A stretch of 64,000 nt of DNA from Octopus sinensis (Eukaryota), in the NCBI RefSeq assembly GCF_006345805.1, contig NC_043008.1:47120001-47184000 (forward strand). Reading direction: 5' to 3'. Below, piece by piece: positions 13,861 to 27,940 of this stretch (its first letter is position 1; each line of letters opens with the position of its first letter). Under the pieces are notes generated by a model. It was not told the origin of the DNA and did no database searches. It saw only the letters and a list, made by a program, of their open reading frames with translations. A program made the translations under genes and the position numbers.

Positions 13861-14057
13861 CCTAAGACTCGAAAATATGGTAGAGCTCTTTTATTCATCT
13901 GAATATGTGTGTTCGCCCACGGTGTTGCCATGGCAGCAGCAGCAGCGGTGGCAGCAATGGCAATAACAACAACAACTACTACCACGATGGCAACACCGTG
14001 GGCGAACACACATACACAGCTGAATACAGAAACCGTACTATATTTTCGGGTCTTGGG
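13861..14057. repeat. Long inverted repeat / MITE-like hairpin
   Basis: Perfect 28-bp inner arms 13904-13931 / 13987-14014, ~43 bp of further imperfect arms, 55-nt GCA/ACA-repeat spacer. Confidence 0.85.
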
Positions 14058-14484
14058 ACATCAGCACTACAATGAGATGAGAGAATGGGGCTGCTGAAGG
14101 AAGGCCACAGTGCTGCACACAGAAGCGTTCACTCACACATACACATACACACATGCACGAAGACAAACAAGGACACGAACCTATGTGCACGTAAGGATAC
14201 ACAGCTTAGAAGAACAGAATGGAGTAAGTGGAGCAAGAATAAACACGAAAACGAAGGATATCACTGAAGAGGTCACAGATGTGTGATGAAAGATATCCGG
14301 ACAATGGACATGAGTTAAAATAATAAAATAAAAACACTAATAAAAGAGTGAAGGAAAAATATATAGTGAGTGTGTTTATTTTGGCCCCAAAAATTAAATG
14401 ACCAATCCGATCCGAAATACAACAATATCGCTTTCAACACATGTTTTCACATAAGGAATAAGTGCAACACAATTTGATAACCGA

Positions 14485-14515
<31 letters not shown>

Positions 14516-14822
14516 CAAAATGGGTCAAGAACGCAAAACACCCAGAAGACGATACAAAAACAAGGATGGGTCATCCGAAGCTTTTAATCTTCAGTCAAGA
14601 ACCGGATCATCCTCGCAATTTCGGGTGATCAATCTTGAGATTGCTCCAATCTGGCCAGCCCCAAGGAAAAAAAACTAAGCTAAGAGCTTCGAATGTATAC
14701 AAAACATGGACGGAAAAACGGACGATGTTACACGAATATAAATACAAAAATAATACAAAAAAACAATAATAATTATAACACGACATCACAACAGGCGTCT
14801 TTCGAGTGGAGACGAATTGAAT

Positions 14823-14854
<32 letters not shown>

Positions 14855-15442
14855 ATATATATATATTAGAGAGTGACCACTATGTGGTTCACTCTAGTGC
14901 TAAAAATTGCTCCGCTAATGGTATAGCCACTAAAAGTTGTTTCCAAGAAGAAATACCACTACATTTAACGTAAGGTAAGTGAAACCCACCGAAAAAATAG
15001 ATTAACCCTGAACAATTGTTTCATTATTAATGTAATATGCAATTTTACTTACACAACATCCATAAATCTTCAGCAGAGGTTTGTCTTAAATACAATTTAA
15101 TAAGTCGCAGCGAGCGTCAAATCCACGTGCGGTTTAATCGATTGTATTCGTAGTTATGATTCAAATTTCCCCGCCAAAAGAGCGATAAGACTTACTAGAA
15201 ACGAGTACTTAAATTTATAAATTTATAAATTTAATTATACTGCAGTAAATATTTGATGCAGTATTATCAAAGTAGAAACAGCTGTAAGAGTATAGTATTA
15301 TTCATTCATCCCGATTCATTTATTTATTTACTTACGTTTTTATTTATTTATTTCTACATATGATTGTAATTAATAAATAGATCCAACTGATGTTTGCAGG
15401 CTGATCTTTGTTAATTAATTATCTTCTCCATTTCCATCTTTG

Positions 15443-15476
<34 letters not shown>

Positions 15477-15699
15477 TATATACACACACACACATGTTTA
15501 TATGTATGTCATTATTCAGTTTTATTTCGAGATTTCTCACAAATAGAGAAAGAGCCGGTTTCTAGCCTACATCCAAGTCTCTTTCATTGTAATTTCAACA
15601 ACATCAAACGGTTCTCTCGTACTTATGCAGCATTTTGAGTCAGTGTATGTTTTCTTTCACGTCTATATTTCCGAGTACATAGTTCCATATCGAACTGTA

Positions 15700-16990
15700 C
15701 ATTTCTCAATAGTTCAGCGTAGGTAGATTTTCCATAGCTTTAGGTTAACATCCGCTGAGCAGTTGATTTCTAATACTATACACCAGTTCTCTTCTCTGTT
15801 GCAAATCACTACGTCAGATTTCTTATGTTTACATTTTACTGGCGTTTGTTGGATGAACCCCGACCTCCTTGCGCTCTGGGAATGAAAAGATAATCCGTCT
15901 CTGCCTCCGGGTGGTGCATCTTATTATAACTCAGTGGCTTGCATATTTTCCGGTCAATGTTCTTGCTTGAATGATACTTCAGTTCAACATATTGTTGGTA
16001 TAAGTAACAACTAGAACTGCTAATTTTTGGCTTACACCTTGTTATGTGCATTTACCTTAGATTTCAGGACTGCTCGAACTCTCCTATACCATTCCTGCCT
16101 CATCTTATCTTTCGTGTTTGCATGCTGAATGCCAGAGCCTTCATTTATACCTGGGTATTTGTACGTTTGTTCCTGCTCAACTTCTTTTATAACTTTGTCA
16201 ACATCTCACACGACTGAATTTGTGGTCTTCAATTTTCCCTTCTGGATAAGTGTGACTTTGCACACTTGTTAAGATCATAATCTCATCAGTGAATGATTTT
16301 ACCGTACGTAATAGGCTTTCAACATCACAATTGTTTTTGTCTTATAGTTTTAAGTCTTTCAAATAAAAAGGATAGTCTATTATCTTTTTGTCAATTTTAT
16401 ACCCATAAAGTGTTCTATTAAGTTCACTTCTCTGGGGTATTATTAGCGCTATGCAAAAAATTAGCGGTGCAGTTGAATCACCTTGGAAAATGCCACAGTT
16501 GATGTTAGTGCTGTTTGAAGCTAATACTTTATTGGAGTGATATAATTGGACATTCGAATTCCACAACGACATATTATACTTCCGGTACTCTGAAACTACA
16601 GGAGAAATTTTGAAGATGTCCGGCGATTTTAAGATCCATAAATGCGCTAAGTTGCCGAAATCCATTTTTGTAATCAATCCATGCGGAACTGAGATTTCTG
16701 AGCTTTCTTATGACAGTTCTCAAGAATCATATGATTAATTAGGAGTTGATTTTTGCATCCACATGAGCCTCAACGACACCTTTTCCTTCGGTGGAGAACG
16801 TATCGTTCTCTTCCATAAATGCAAATGTTTTCTCCATAAGGAGAGATGTTAACATTTCATAAATGATGGATAAATAGTTTATGGGCCGACTGTTTATCTT
16901 TGAAACTGGTTTCATTATTTTGGAGGAGTCAGTAATAGCAATTGCTAACCATTTCTTATGGTATCTCATATTAGATATCAGCCTGTTGTC
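15700..16990 (-). pseudogene. Decayed non-LTR retrotransposon RT region, R4/Dong-like
   Basis: GIFQGDSTAPLIFCIAL, GYKIDKKI, NSRPINYLSIIYEMLTS, MHHPEAETDYLFIPRAQGGRG in broken frames. Confidence 0.8.
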
Positions 16991-17039
16991 AAGGATGTCT
17001 CTGGGTCTCCTTCTACGATACTTAACATCCAGTTACCAG

Positions 17040-17240
17040 ACTCAAAACCCTGCCGTCCTCAGCAAAAACGTTTTCTGAGCAAGCACTACTCTCACTCCAA
17101 TACCAAATTTCTCAAGCCGGGTTGTTAATGCTCCCCGGGCTGCTGCAACAACTACTGACGTGACAGTTACGTGTTTTCATTCCCCACATTTCTAGCTTGT
17201 ACTTTCCTGCTCGCTGGCAATACTCATCCATATGAGGCAG
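17040..17240 (-). mobile_element. C-terminal end of an REL-type (R4/Dong-like) LINE remnant
   Basis: KLEMWGMKT and AQKT.LL.TA.VL-like end motifs. Confidence 0.5.
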
Positions 17241-17244
17241 GTGA

Positions 17245-17254
17245 TTTATTATTA

Positions 17255-17306
<52 letters not shown>

Positions 17307-17412
17307 CATCCTCATCATCATCATTATTGTTATTATCATTATTGTTATCATTATTTTTATCATTACTGTTATCATTATTATTATTATCATTATTATTTTT
17401 ATTTTTATTATT
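17245..17412. repeat. (TTA)n/(TCA)n trinucleotide array
   Basis: Seen directly. Confidence 0.9.
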
Positions 17413-19239
17413 ACAACTACATAGGAATAATACCGTAGAGATATTAAAATTTGCTCGATACCTATTTTACCTAGACTCAGCCTTAGCTGAATGTGTATCA
17501 GAATATGGTGAAGAAAATATTTATTTTAGAGGGACAAACACGGAGACCCAGCATCATGGAACCAGAATACGGGGAAGGAGGGAGAAGTTTCTGGTCGATA
17601 CATAAATATCGCGAATATTGTTACGAAAAGTTGAAGACATTGAAAGAAAGAATGTATATGTTGGGTGAATTCCTGTCTATCGGAATAGACTAATGGGATT
17701 ATAGATTTTTTGAAAAGCAAGAATTACTTTGGTAGTTGTTAAGGAATAATGGAGAAGAACATGGGATTCTAGGAGGAATATAATCAATGGTGTAAAGGAG
17801 AAAAATGGTGAGAACGTATTTCAATATAACTGAACGAGAAAAAGTTAGACGTAGTAAAAATGGTTCTGGCGTTGAATGTGGTGTATCATCAGCAGAAGAA
17901 TATACCTGTGTGTGTGTGTGTGTGTGTGCGCGCGCGCGTGTATGTGTGTGTGTGTGTGTGTGTGCGCGTGTATGTGTGTGTGTATGTGTGTGTGTGTGTG
18001 TGTGCGTGTGTGCGTGTGTGTGTGTGTGTGCGTGTGTGCGTGTGTGTGTGTGTGTGTGTGGTGTGTGTGCACGCATACATATAGAGAGCGAGATAAAAGG
18101 AACAATAGAGAGCAGAGACAGAGAGAATCACATCTATAAAATGGTTTCCCAGAAGTTTCAAGGAAATTGGAGGCAAACACTCTCGGTGTCCTTATATTAC
18201 AGCAGACCTGACGCTGTGTTCAGTATATTAATTGCCAACCCATCGATTTGTTACACGATCCTGTTGTAATGACAGCAGGAATGTAAATTTATGTCTTCAT
18301 CTGTGTCAACTTTCGAGCAAGGAAGCAAATTGCCTTTGTTTGCCGAGAACACATTTATCTTTCTCAGCTTAAATCGTTGTAAACTAGATATCGATACCGC
18401 CCCAGTTTAATATGCAATGCGATGAATGTTAAGAGTGCATTAATTTCTAGTATCGAAGATTATTATGGCAGAAATTTTAAAGTTAGTAACTGAAGTGTTA
18501 CTAACGACTACAATAAAACAAATGCAGCCGCCATTGAACATACATTAAGATATTCGTTCATATCATTTACAACAGACTACAAACATTGACGGTAAATAAA
18601 GTTACATGTTTCGATTTACCTCTCAATTGAATCCGTTCGTTGAGACAGGTTAGAGTAAGAACATGCATGCTTCTAATGCCGTCTGGTGCTGCTATTACAG
18701 ATGTACAACTATGCAATTTATGCGTGGAAGTGCTGGGTATTTGGTTAAACTGATTTGGTTCAAGAAGGTGCTATTGATTCGTCATAACCAGCGTCACATG
18801 TTAACGGAAACATTTGAAGCTCATCGTTTATTACTTGTCAATACTAATTAGAAACCTGTACTATACGTAAATAGGCTCAATTCACAATATTTGATTCGAA
18901 AATCAACTGGCTCTGTACGCCGAAATTGCAATACTAAAATATGTTTATTGTTATTATTACACATGTTAAAGATCAATATTCACCAATAACCAATGTGGTG
19001 GTAAGTCCTAAGTGTTAGAGAGCGAGACCACAAGGTATTAGAGGAAATTTCTTTCCGACTTGCAACCAAATTGTATTCGCATTGCCACTGCCCTTCGAAC
19101 GTGCAGGACTGGTGCGATTAATAAAATACAAATTGCATTCCGCACGGTTTTGTGATGTTTTCAGCACAAAATAGAAACGTTTATTAATTTCAAAGGAATG
19201 CAGAAGTTCTTCAATGTAGATTACGTTCACTTCAATGCA

Positions 19240-19870
19240 AATCCAACCATTTTAAAGTCCCATGGAAGTTCTCAGAATTGAAGGTGTTCAGAAATCTTGT
19301 CATAGCCTCCTATAGTTACTCGTTTGGGGAAAAACAGCAGGTAACATGGAGTAAGGACTGTAAGAAAGGTTAAGGACAGCTTTGATGGCCATCTGTGTCA
19401 AATAATTAGTGTTTACAATGGAATTCTGAACTGGTGTATTGACCCGGTGTAGCTTTTTTGCGACGAAGGTTCTTTCTGTACACTTTCAATACGCTTTCCC
19501 CAAAATACGCTTTGTTGGTCATCTGACCAGAGGGAACCCAGTGGATGTAAATAGCGTCCTTGCTGCAGAAAAGGGGGCTCATCATGAGCTTCAAGGTGAA
19601 CTTGCTTTTCCTGGCCTCTTGTACCAGTGGGAAAAAATGATGCTCAACTCATACATGATAATCCATAAGCAAGCTAAATAAGTTTCTGTAGCGTTTTTGC
19701 CAGTTTAATAGAAAAAAACTGTATCACATAACACGTCGAGGCTGCATCTCGCAATCTAGACGTGACTGGCAGTGTTTAGGGGAATATGTTTCAATTGCTG
19801 TTACAGCCATTTCATTGAATCTGGGTCAACAAAAGTTGGCACATCAGATTATTAGATGTATATAGTTATG
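19240..19870 (-). pseudogene. Mariner-type transposase remnant, internally deleted
   Basis: KLMMSPLFCSKDAIYIHWVPSGQMTNKAY resembles the mariner K.M...FFD..G.IY.HWVP.GQTVN..YY segment. Confidence 0.7.
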
Positions 19871-20049
19871 ATACACTAAAGTATTAATGTAATCAGGGAT
19901 ACTTATAACTGTGTCTCCCCAAAACTCACTAATGTTCTGGAATGTACTTCGTATGTACAATTACTTTATATTAAGTGTCACTCATTCACTAGAATACAAA
20001 CAATCTGGTTTAGTTTTGCCCCAATTCCGGGACTTATTGCTTCTCTTTG

Positions 20050-20222
20050 AAATACAAGGCCAGCAAGTTTAAGGGAGGGGGTAAGTCGATTATTCAAATA
20101 CTATTCATTTTATCGACCTCGAAAGGATGTAGAGTGAAGTCGACTTCGGTTGGATTTGAACTCATTTCGTAAGTCTGAACGAAATGCTGCTAAGTAATTT
20201 ATCCGGCGTGCTAACGATTCTC
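20050..20222 (-). mobile_element. SINE S1, diverged copy
   Basis: TTATCGACCTCGAAAGGATG, ATTTGAACTC, CCGGCGTGCTAACGATTC. Confidence 0.75.
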
Positions 20223-21403
20223 AAAGCTCTTAGAAATATCCGTGTGTGTGTGTGTGTGTGTGTGTGTGCGTATGTGTTGGAGGTGCATGTGTGTGCGCGC
20301 ACGCGCACGCGCGTGTATTATCCATGACTCTGGAATCATTGTAAGGACGTTGTCATTCTGCTGTAAATTTCTGAAGGTATAGAAATTGTGATAAAGCAAA
20401 TATTTTAACCATTATTTCAATTAAATAGTTGCCAAGTTCTCAAAAATATCTTACTATTTCGTTTTTCATGTATTTGAGGGCAACAGACTGAATCGACATT
20501 GTATTCGATTCTTCCGTAAGTTCCTAAAAATAATATCTGCAATTCTCAAGCGGATATTGACACATAAACCGAGAGAAAACTTAGAAGGAATTAGTCACGA
20601 GGTAAATAATTTAGTTTCTTTCAATACGCCAGGAAGCAGATAATTTACTGATGATGAAGTTATGATGATGGGAAGAGTAGAGGTGGTGAAAATGGGGAAG
20701 ATTCTAATCTTGAGGAGTAGGAGAGAAAAGAAATGGAAAAAAGAAGAAGGAAAAGCAGAAAAGAAGGAGGAGGGGTGAAGAAGGAGAAGTATAATAATGT
20801 AATGGATATTTGTTAAAGTACATTTATGTATGACGACAAGCTGCGAGGGAGTTTAAAATATTTATGCAACATTTTTACGTTCAACTAGGAGTCTGACGGT
20901 CGGGAAAGTTTTCCGTCTCATATAAATCAGTTTACATTTATGATATCTTAGAATGAAAGGAAGTGAAGTAACTAAACAGTAAATTATTCACATCAAAACA
21001 GGTTCCACTGACCAAAAGATATTAAGCTGTAAAATGTACTTGGACAGCATAGCGTTGATGTCTTCATACTCCAAAGAATAACCCATGCAACTTTAGAATC
21101 TAAGATAAACTCAATCACAAATAATGCATTTTTCATTTAAAAAAAAAAAAGAATATTGAAAATGTTTTTCTTGATCAAATGTTGGGTGTGATCTGGGATT
21201 AAGCGCATGGGTGTGTGTGTGCACGCGCGAGTGTGTGTGCGTGTGTGTAAAATTAAAGAAGGTTCTTCGCTTTAATGCAGTGTTAGTGCAGGTCAATGAT
21301 TGATATTTCATAAATTATGTATACCATTCGTTATCAAACATCCTACATCAAGTCTCCTAACTTTGATATCAGCATGGTTTAATGTTTCAACACATATGAC
21401 CGC

Positions 21404-21447
<44 letters not shown>

Positions 21448-21831
21448 ATGTTAAAAGAAACAAAAAGAAAATGCTTACTAGGTATAAAAGAAATGGCTGT
21501 ATTTATAAAAGCAAAGATATATACAGACAAATGAATCGAGGTGGAATTAAAATGTATAAAAATCATTATTATGAATCAACATAGAAAGTCATACCGGTTT
21601 CGTCATCGCTGATCACTGATTTTAATCAACACCGATTTCCAAAGAGTGTTCGGTCTATGACTCAAAATCATTTTTATGCTTCTAACTTCCACCTTAAGAC
21701 ATTGATCTGTTTGTATATATCTTTGTTTTTATAAAAAGAAGCCATTACTGTTCTAATTAGCGTGCAGTTTCATTGTTTCTTTTTATTTCTCCCCAATTTA
21801 TACCACGAGTAGTTTCTTTGAAACCTCTTTC

Positions 21832-21878
<47 letters not shown>

Positions 21879-21943
21879 ATATATATACATAATATATACA
21901 TATAATTTATGTGTGTGTATGTATGTATGTATGTATATGTGTG

Positions 21944-22062
21944 TGTGACAATTATTCGGTTGCCATAATAGAACCCCGAATTTCGGATGTCGGGGCAAAT
22001 CTGATCCGGCATCTCGTCAGTTATTAAGACAACTAAATAATGGCAACTGAATAATTGTCACA
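21944..22062. mobile_element. 119-bp MITE with 22-bp terminal inverted repeats
   Basis: TGTGACAATTATTCGGTTGCCA / TGGCAACTGAATAATTGTCACA (1 mismatch); TA on the right flank. Confidence 0.7.
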
Positions 22063-22131
22063 TATTTTGCAGATAAAGTCCTCCATTTACATAATATCGA
22101 GGTCTCATTGATTCGTTTGTTGTCTTACCAT

Positions 22132-22207
<76 letters not shown>

Positions 22208-23459
22208 AGTAATATAAAATGATTATTGCTCTGAACTGATACTGCTTCCGTCTCTAATGCTGGTTTTATTCGTCTAACGTTTACGAATTGTTCTTTCTAT
22301 ACAAACCGTCTTTTAAATCTTTTTAAGCATCGGCAACGTAAACATCGGGGGAGCGATTCAAAGCAATTCCACTTCTAAGAAATTTTCAAACTTTAATATA
22401 TTCATTGAGTACCTTCTCTCTGAAAACATAACCGTCAACCACTCAACACACGCATATGAAGATACATACACACACAAACACACACGAATTCATTACGGTT
22501 ATACGGAGCAAATTTCTTAACACCCCTATTATGCTAAATAGATCCAAAGAGATAACATTTTCAGAAGAAGGGCCTACTCATCTTAAATGTAAAGTTCTCG
22601 TAGTTTTCCCTTATCACGAATGAATGCAAGTTTGAAATTTATCATAAAATATTATTTGGAAACTATTGGAAACATAAAATTTAATGCTGTAAGAAGGGGG
22701 TTAGATACGTAGCTTTGTCTACCAAGGATAGCATTGTACCTTTAAGAAACTGTCGGTGCACGCATCTACAATATATTTTCTGCCATATGGGTAGATCAAA
22801 TCCGTGCATGATTATCCAATCAAAATCATATAGAATAGTAAGTAATGAGTGTCTCAATAACTGGCATAAAATATAAAATATTCAATACGTTTAAAACGTG
22901 TGCAAGATCAAAATATTTAAACAAGATTATGACTAAATCTTCTTCGATTAAATATTTGTCAATTATTCAAATTTTTATGGATATGCTGCCTTTGCAGCAA
23001 AAAAAAAGAAAGCATATTCACAAGATTGAATTAAATATCCAATGAAAATTACGATATTGAATTAATTTTAATTCGTTTTCATACTGAATAATTTCAAGTG
23101 CTATAATGCATTAAATAAAATATTTATGTTTATATGTTGTAGGTGCACGGCTTTGATTTAAATTTACTTTCGCAGGGATTTTGTTTTACACATAAATGCA
23201 GTAAATAAAAAATAATATCGGTAATCATGGCGACTGAACCCTCGTTATAAAACTGTTCTTTTTCTCACACAACATTCATAAAAGGTACGCTATAAATCTG
23301 CTGCAATTGTATTCATTTCTAAATATATAGTGATGCAATTTTAACACAAAATATATATCACCTGCGTATATATCTGATCGATACCCAGGGGCTTCAAATT
23401 CTCTTTGCTCTTTTTCCCATACAAACCCACCCATTTTCTACCAGTGTATAATCATGATT

Positions 23460-23660
23460 AGGGAAGAGTTCACAAAAAAAGAAAGACAAAGACAGGTGGT
23501 GTACAAAACAAACAGATGTATTAGTATAACGCTCAGTAATAGAAAAAAGTAGTTTACGCTTCGAGCCGACGCTGTTCTACAGAAAGGGACACAGAAGAAA
23601 AAACAAGGAGAGAAACAAGGAGAGAAAAAATGTGTGTAGTGGCTACCGATCTATCATGAG
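23460..23660 (-). mobile_element. Probable Penelope-like terminal fragment with degenerate hammerhead-like motif
   Basis: Minus strand 23552-23586 reads CTGTAGAA-CAGC-GTCG-GCTC-GAAG-CGT, a decayed CUGANGA / stem II / GAAA layout. Confidence 0.4.
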
Positions 23661-26600
23661 AACATTTATCAGACTTTTCCGTCATTTATTTTTGTCACAA
23701 GCCTCATACACAAACAACTTCTTAAAGGCCTTAAGTTACGAGGTCCTGGAACGGCTGAATGGAAGCGCAGCTGTTTCACTCCTGGTCCGTCGGAGACAAC
23801 TAATCAGCTTAGTCAAGTGATCTTTTACGCATGCGCACCTATATTCTATTTTAATTCTGTGTCGACAACCTCTAAAGATCTTGATGTGACTGAAGAACTA
23901 TCAGTAACCTATTGTCACCCCTAATTAAACCCCTCTTCTATATGATTTAAACCACTTTTCTATTCGCCATAACTTTAAGACCCAGTTGTAAAACAATGGA
24001 ACATAGTTCGAACCAAACCTGTGGTTTCTTTAAGACCAGTGTCTTAAAATGGTCTTTAACAGATTCTTATGAAATTTGGTTTCTTTAACAGCACTTATAT
24101 ACTTTATTCACTGCACATCTCATAGAAAGCGTTTTGTAAAAGGTATTGCTACCCGAAGTAATGGGGATGGCCAAGTCTCAGTTGCTACACATCACAGTTA
24201 GCGAATGGCGTCACTTGTAAGACTTCACAAAAGTTAATGATCCCAACTGAAATACTTTAGACAGTTAGACTTCACAATAACTAACGGTCACAATAAGCGA
24301 TCGTACTTCCTCATAGAGCAATATTCTCGATCTGATTTCATCTTTAGAGCAAGACATTTCATCAGTTGCTAACGTTCAGGAAGGCAGGTGTTTGAACCTG
24401 ATAATATAACGGTTCGACATTTACTTCGAAGATGGGTTTCTACATCCCCAAGGATTATTAGATTGTGTTCAAAGCACAAAATATCTGAATCATAGGTAAG
24501 GCGTGCCATACAAAATAAAGAACACCACATGATTAATTTTCAGTCGATGAAGGTGTGGAGAAAGAAGATATTACAGAAGAAAGGAAACGAGATTGCGGTG
24601 GTTCGAAAAGATATTAGCACTGGCTCCAGGGTGGCTAGTGGTGGAATACAAAATAGTTCATAGAACCATTCAGGTTGTATGTAAAAATGTGAGATACGGT
24701 TTAAGTTTGAATCGACATTTAAGACACATGGTCTCTAACCGTTTAGTATTGGGTGAGGTAAAGATGCTTAGAGGTTATCCAACGTTAATTAGAATGTAAT
24801 TCTTCAAAGAAATTCACTGATTCAGTGTGTGTGGGCAGCAAATATATTTCATGTTAGTATACAACTTGTTAGCCAAATTATTCGTATAGATTTTGAACAC
24901 AAGTGTAGACACTGGCATAAAACACAATTACATTAGAGATTAATATCTGCGACTAAGTTTTCTCTATTATTTATTCGTAGAATTTACTGTAAGGGTTCAA
25001 TCGATTGCAATGAAATATATTAAGTTCGATACATTTAGTATTTTCTAAATGTCACTATCACTAAATTGCTTTGACAGTGTTATTACTCGCAGATTATATA
25101 GATTCGTGCTTCCAAAGGGAATCAGATACTGGAATGATTTTAAACAGCTTCTAATTAAATAAATGCCAAAACTAACAGAGCATCTTTTATTGCATAGGTG
25201 TTGGAGCAGAGAAGAGCTTGACCAAGTTTTCTGTTTAACTTGTAAATATTCAAGCAGGCGTTTAAGTTTATTTGCAAAAAAGGGAAAAAAGGGCCACGTG
25301 CTTTATACCCTATGTTATGTTTTACATATAGAAATTCGATATTCGCAGCATGACAAATTATATTAAATTACTATAAACCAGACGAATAACTGAAATTAAA
25401 CTGATTTATATCTCAAAGTTCAACTTCAGTTTGATTTTCAGTACTCGCGTTACGAAGAAGTTTTGATGATATTTTCGCTAAAAGCCGTTCTTAAAATTTA
25501 ATACCTGAGAGGGTTTTCATTAAAAATAATTTTCATTAACTTTTCTTGTAGACATACAGACATACACAAGTTGTGAGAGAGGGAAATTTGAGCAGCGACG
25601 ATTGTTTAATTTCAAAGTTATTTCCCGACGACCTACAATAAATGAAATATCTACTGACACAAATGAACGCCGGCTTAGTAACACATCGTTGCTACGAAAA
25701 TAATTTCAAATTAATTCATCTATTATTTTCCTACTCTGCATAGATTCAGTGATCAAAGAAAGCGCAAGCTTGGTTATCAGTATTACCTCAATCAAAACGA
25801 ATATTTGATCTTACCAAATAAATTATTTATAAAATACAGCATCTGACAAAAATAAATCAGCTTCATTATGGACATTTTAGCTTTATAAATACTTACATCT
25901 TGTTCACAGTGATGTTGTGTAACGTTTAAATAATGTTGAAAATAACGGATGTATTTCCATTTGGCTAGCTACATTCTAAGTATGGCCATATTATTTGAGT
26001 AAAGATTTTTAACAAAGGCATAAGCTTCAGTGAATGTCTATAGTCTGCTCATGTAAAGTTTTTCTACGGAATATTCATGGGATTCCCATTCAACCTTACA
26101 GTCACGGAACTCTTGCTATCACAAAATATCAAATCACATCGATATCCCATACTCGTCGCCATAGCGTTAATGTTATGATTATTTCAAGTCTACATTTTAA
26201 GAAGCAATGCCCCTTGCAGTCAAATATTCTTTGAGCAATATTCACTAAAACCAAAACTATTTGAGTTCAAACACTAAACGAAACACTCTTCTGTTGGCTT
26301 TGTGAAAATTTCTAGCAACAGAAAACCTATCGGTCAACAACTTCAATGTGTTTTAGTAGAGAAGGCAAAGCTGAAACCTTGTACGCATTTTGTGTGTAAG
26401 AGTACAAGCTGAATGGTATTTGTTTTGTATGTCTGTAGTAAATTTCATCTCTGACATAAAAGAACCACTCAACAATAATATAGTCATACGGGACAGGAAA
26501 GTCTCACAAATGGAATATTGTTGGTTGTGATATTCTATTTTCAAACTGGTAAAGGTGGCAGTGTGAAGGTTCTTTTCCATTATAGTTTAACATATTTTCT

Positions 26601-26959
26601 AGCATTGTCAATTATATGATGTAATTCAAGATGAAGAATCAATAAAGATAGAGATTCCACGTCTTCCAAAGCTACAGCTGTCAATTTGATGGAACAACTT
26701 TTCTATTACTCTTTTATTATCATTATTATTAAGTAATTAGAGACTTAGAAGCAATAAAGCTAGAGCTTCCACGTCCTTCGATGTTAGTGCTGTCAAGTTG
26801 ATTGAGCGCTGTTATATATCTGTTTGGGAATAAAAGTTTCCAGCGTAAATATTTCTAAATACATGTAACTCTGATAGGAAATGATTAGTGAATTGGTTTT
26901 GTGAGGGTTCTGGAGTGAGAGAGACACACTAAAAATGTAGAGATAAGTTTGTTGCTTTA

Positions 26960-27560
26960 GGGGTGCGCATTAGCTCTGGTGGTTGGCCGAAGAGAAGAGA
27001 GTCCTTCACCAGTCCGTTCTGTCGTGTCTAACAGACAATCACTTCTAGCATAGCCAACAGACGAAGCGAATCCGTCTGCCCTTCTCAACCGAAGAAAGGT
27101 TGTGGTACAATATCTATTAAACAAAACTTCATAAAGCAGCAACGCTTGGACGAGGAACGAGTGCAGAGAGATTGGAATCGTCGTCGCTCTAGTACATCGT
27201 AACAGACACAAATGATAGCTTTTCCATATCTATCAAGTTCGTCTCCAAGTGGCAATATACGAATTCTTTATCGCAACCCAGTTTGGAAGAGCGTTTATGG
27301 AAGCTATGCGTGCTCCAAATGTTGAACATTCACCGTTAGACAAAGCTTCCGAATATTTTTTAGGGTTTCTAAGTGAACGTCTAGACGCCTTCTCACAAAC
27401 AGTTCTTCACAGTATCTCACAGCAGAGAGCTATGAGCACGTGCCAACATTGCGAGTGAAAGGCATCAAGTCTTTGATAAGAGATTCATCAGAGACAAGCA
27501 TTAGAAAGCCTGCCTGAGAAATAGTGAGCACGTCTGATAAAGTAAAGTCTAGGAATTTTT
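26960..27560 (-). pseudogene. Decayed RTE-like LINE RT C-terminal region
   Basis: RLDAFHSQCWHVL and ARIASINAL in broken frames. Confidence 0.45.
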
Positions 27561-27754
27561 GTTGGTACCACAAAACAAGGACGTTTCCAGATTAACAGTA
27601 ACGCCACACGGAGTCTTCTTCTTACAGGGCCGCAGATGGCGCTACATGGAGTTCCAAAAACCTATCAATAAAACAATAACAATGTTTATAGCCACAACTC
27701 TACTAATTAATTATCTATAGCTATTTTCTCTAGAGATTTTATTGTAAAAATTTG

Positions 27755-27940
27755 CAGCTGGCAGAATGGTTAGCACGCCGGACAAAATGCTTAGCTGTAT
27801 TTCATCCGTCTTTACGTTCTGAGTTCAAATTCCACCGAGGCCCACTTTTCCTTTCGTTCTTTCGCGGTCCATAAATGAGAACCAACTGAACACATGGTTC
27901 CAACTTGCGGGCCCTGTGCCAAAATTTGAAAGCCATATTA
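27755..27940 (+). mobile_element. SINE S1-type copy
   Basis: GCTGGCAGAATGGTTAGCACGCCGG ... GAGTTCAAATTCC. Confidence 0.8.

Noticed and set aside
14520-14820. Possible hammerhead in a repeat-like segment (CTGAAGA on the minus strand)
   Set aside because: No GAAA and no complementary stem I could be found.
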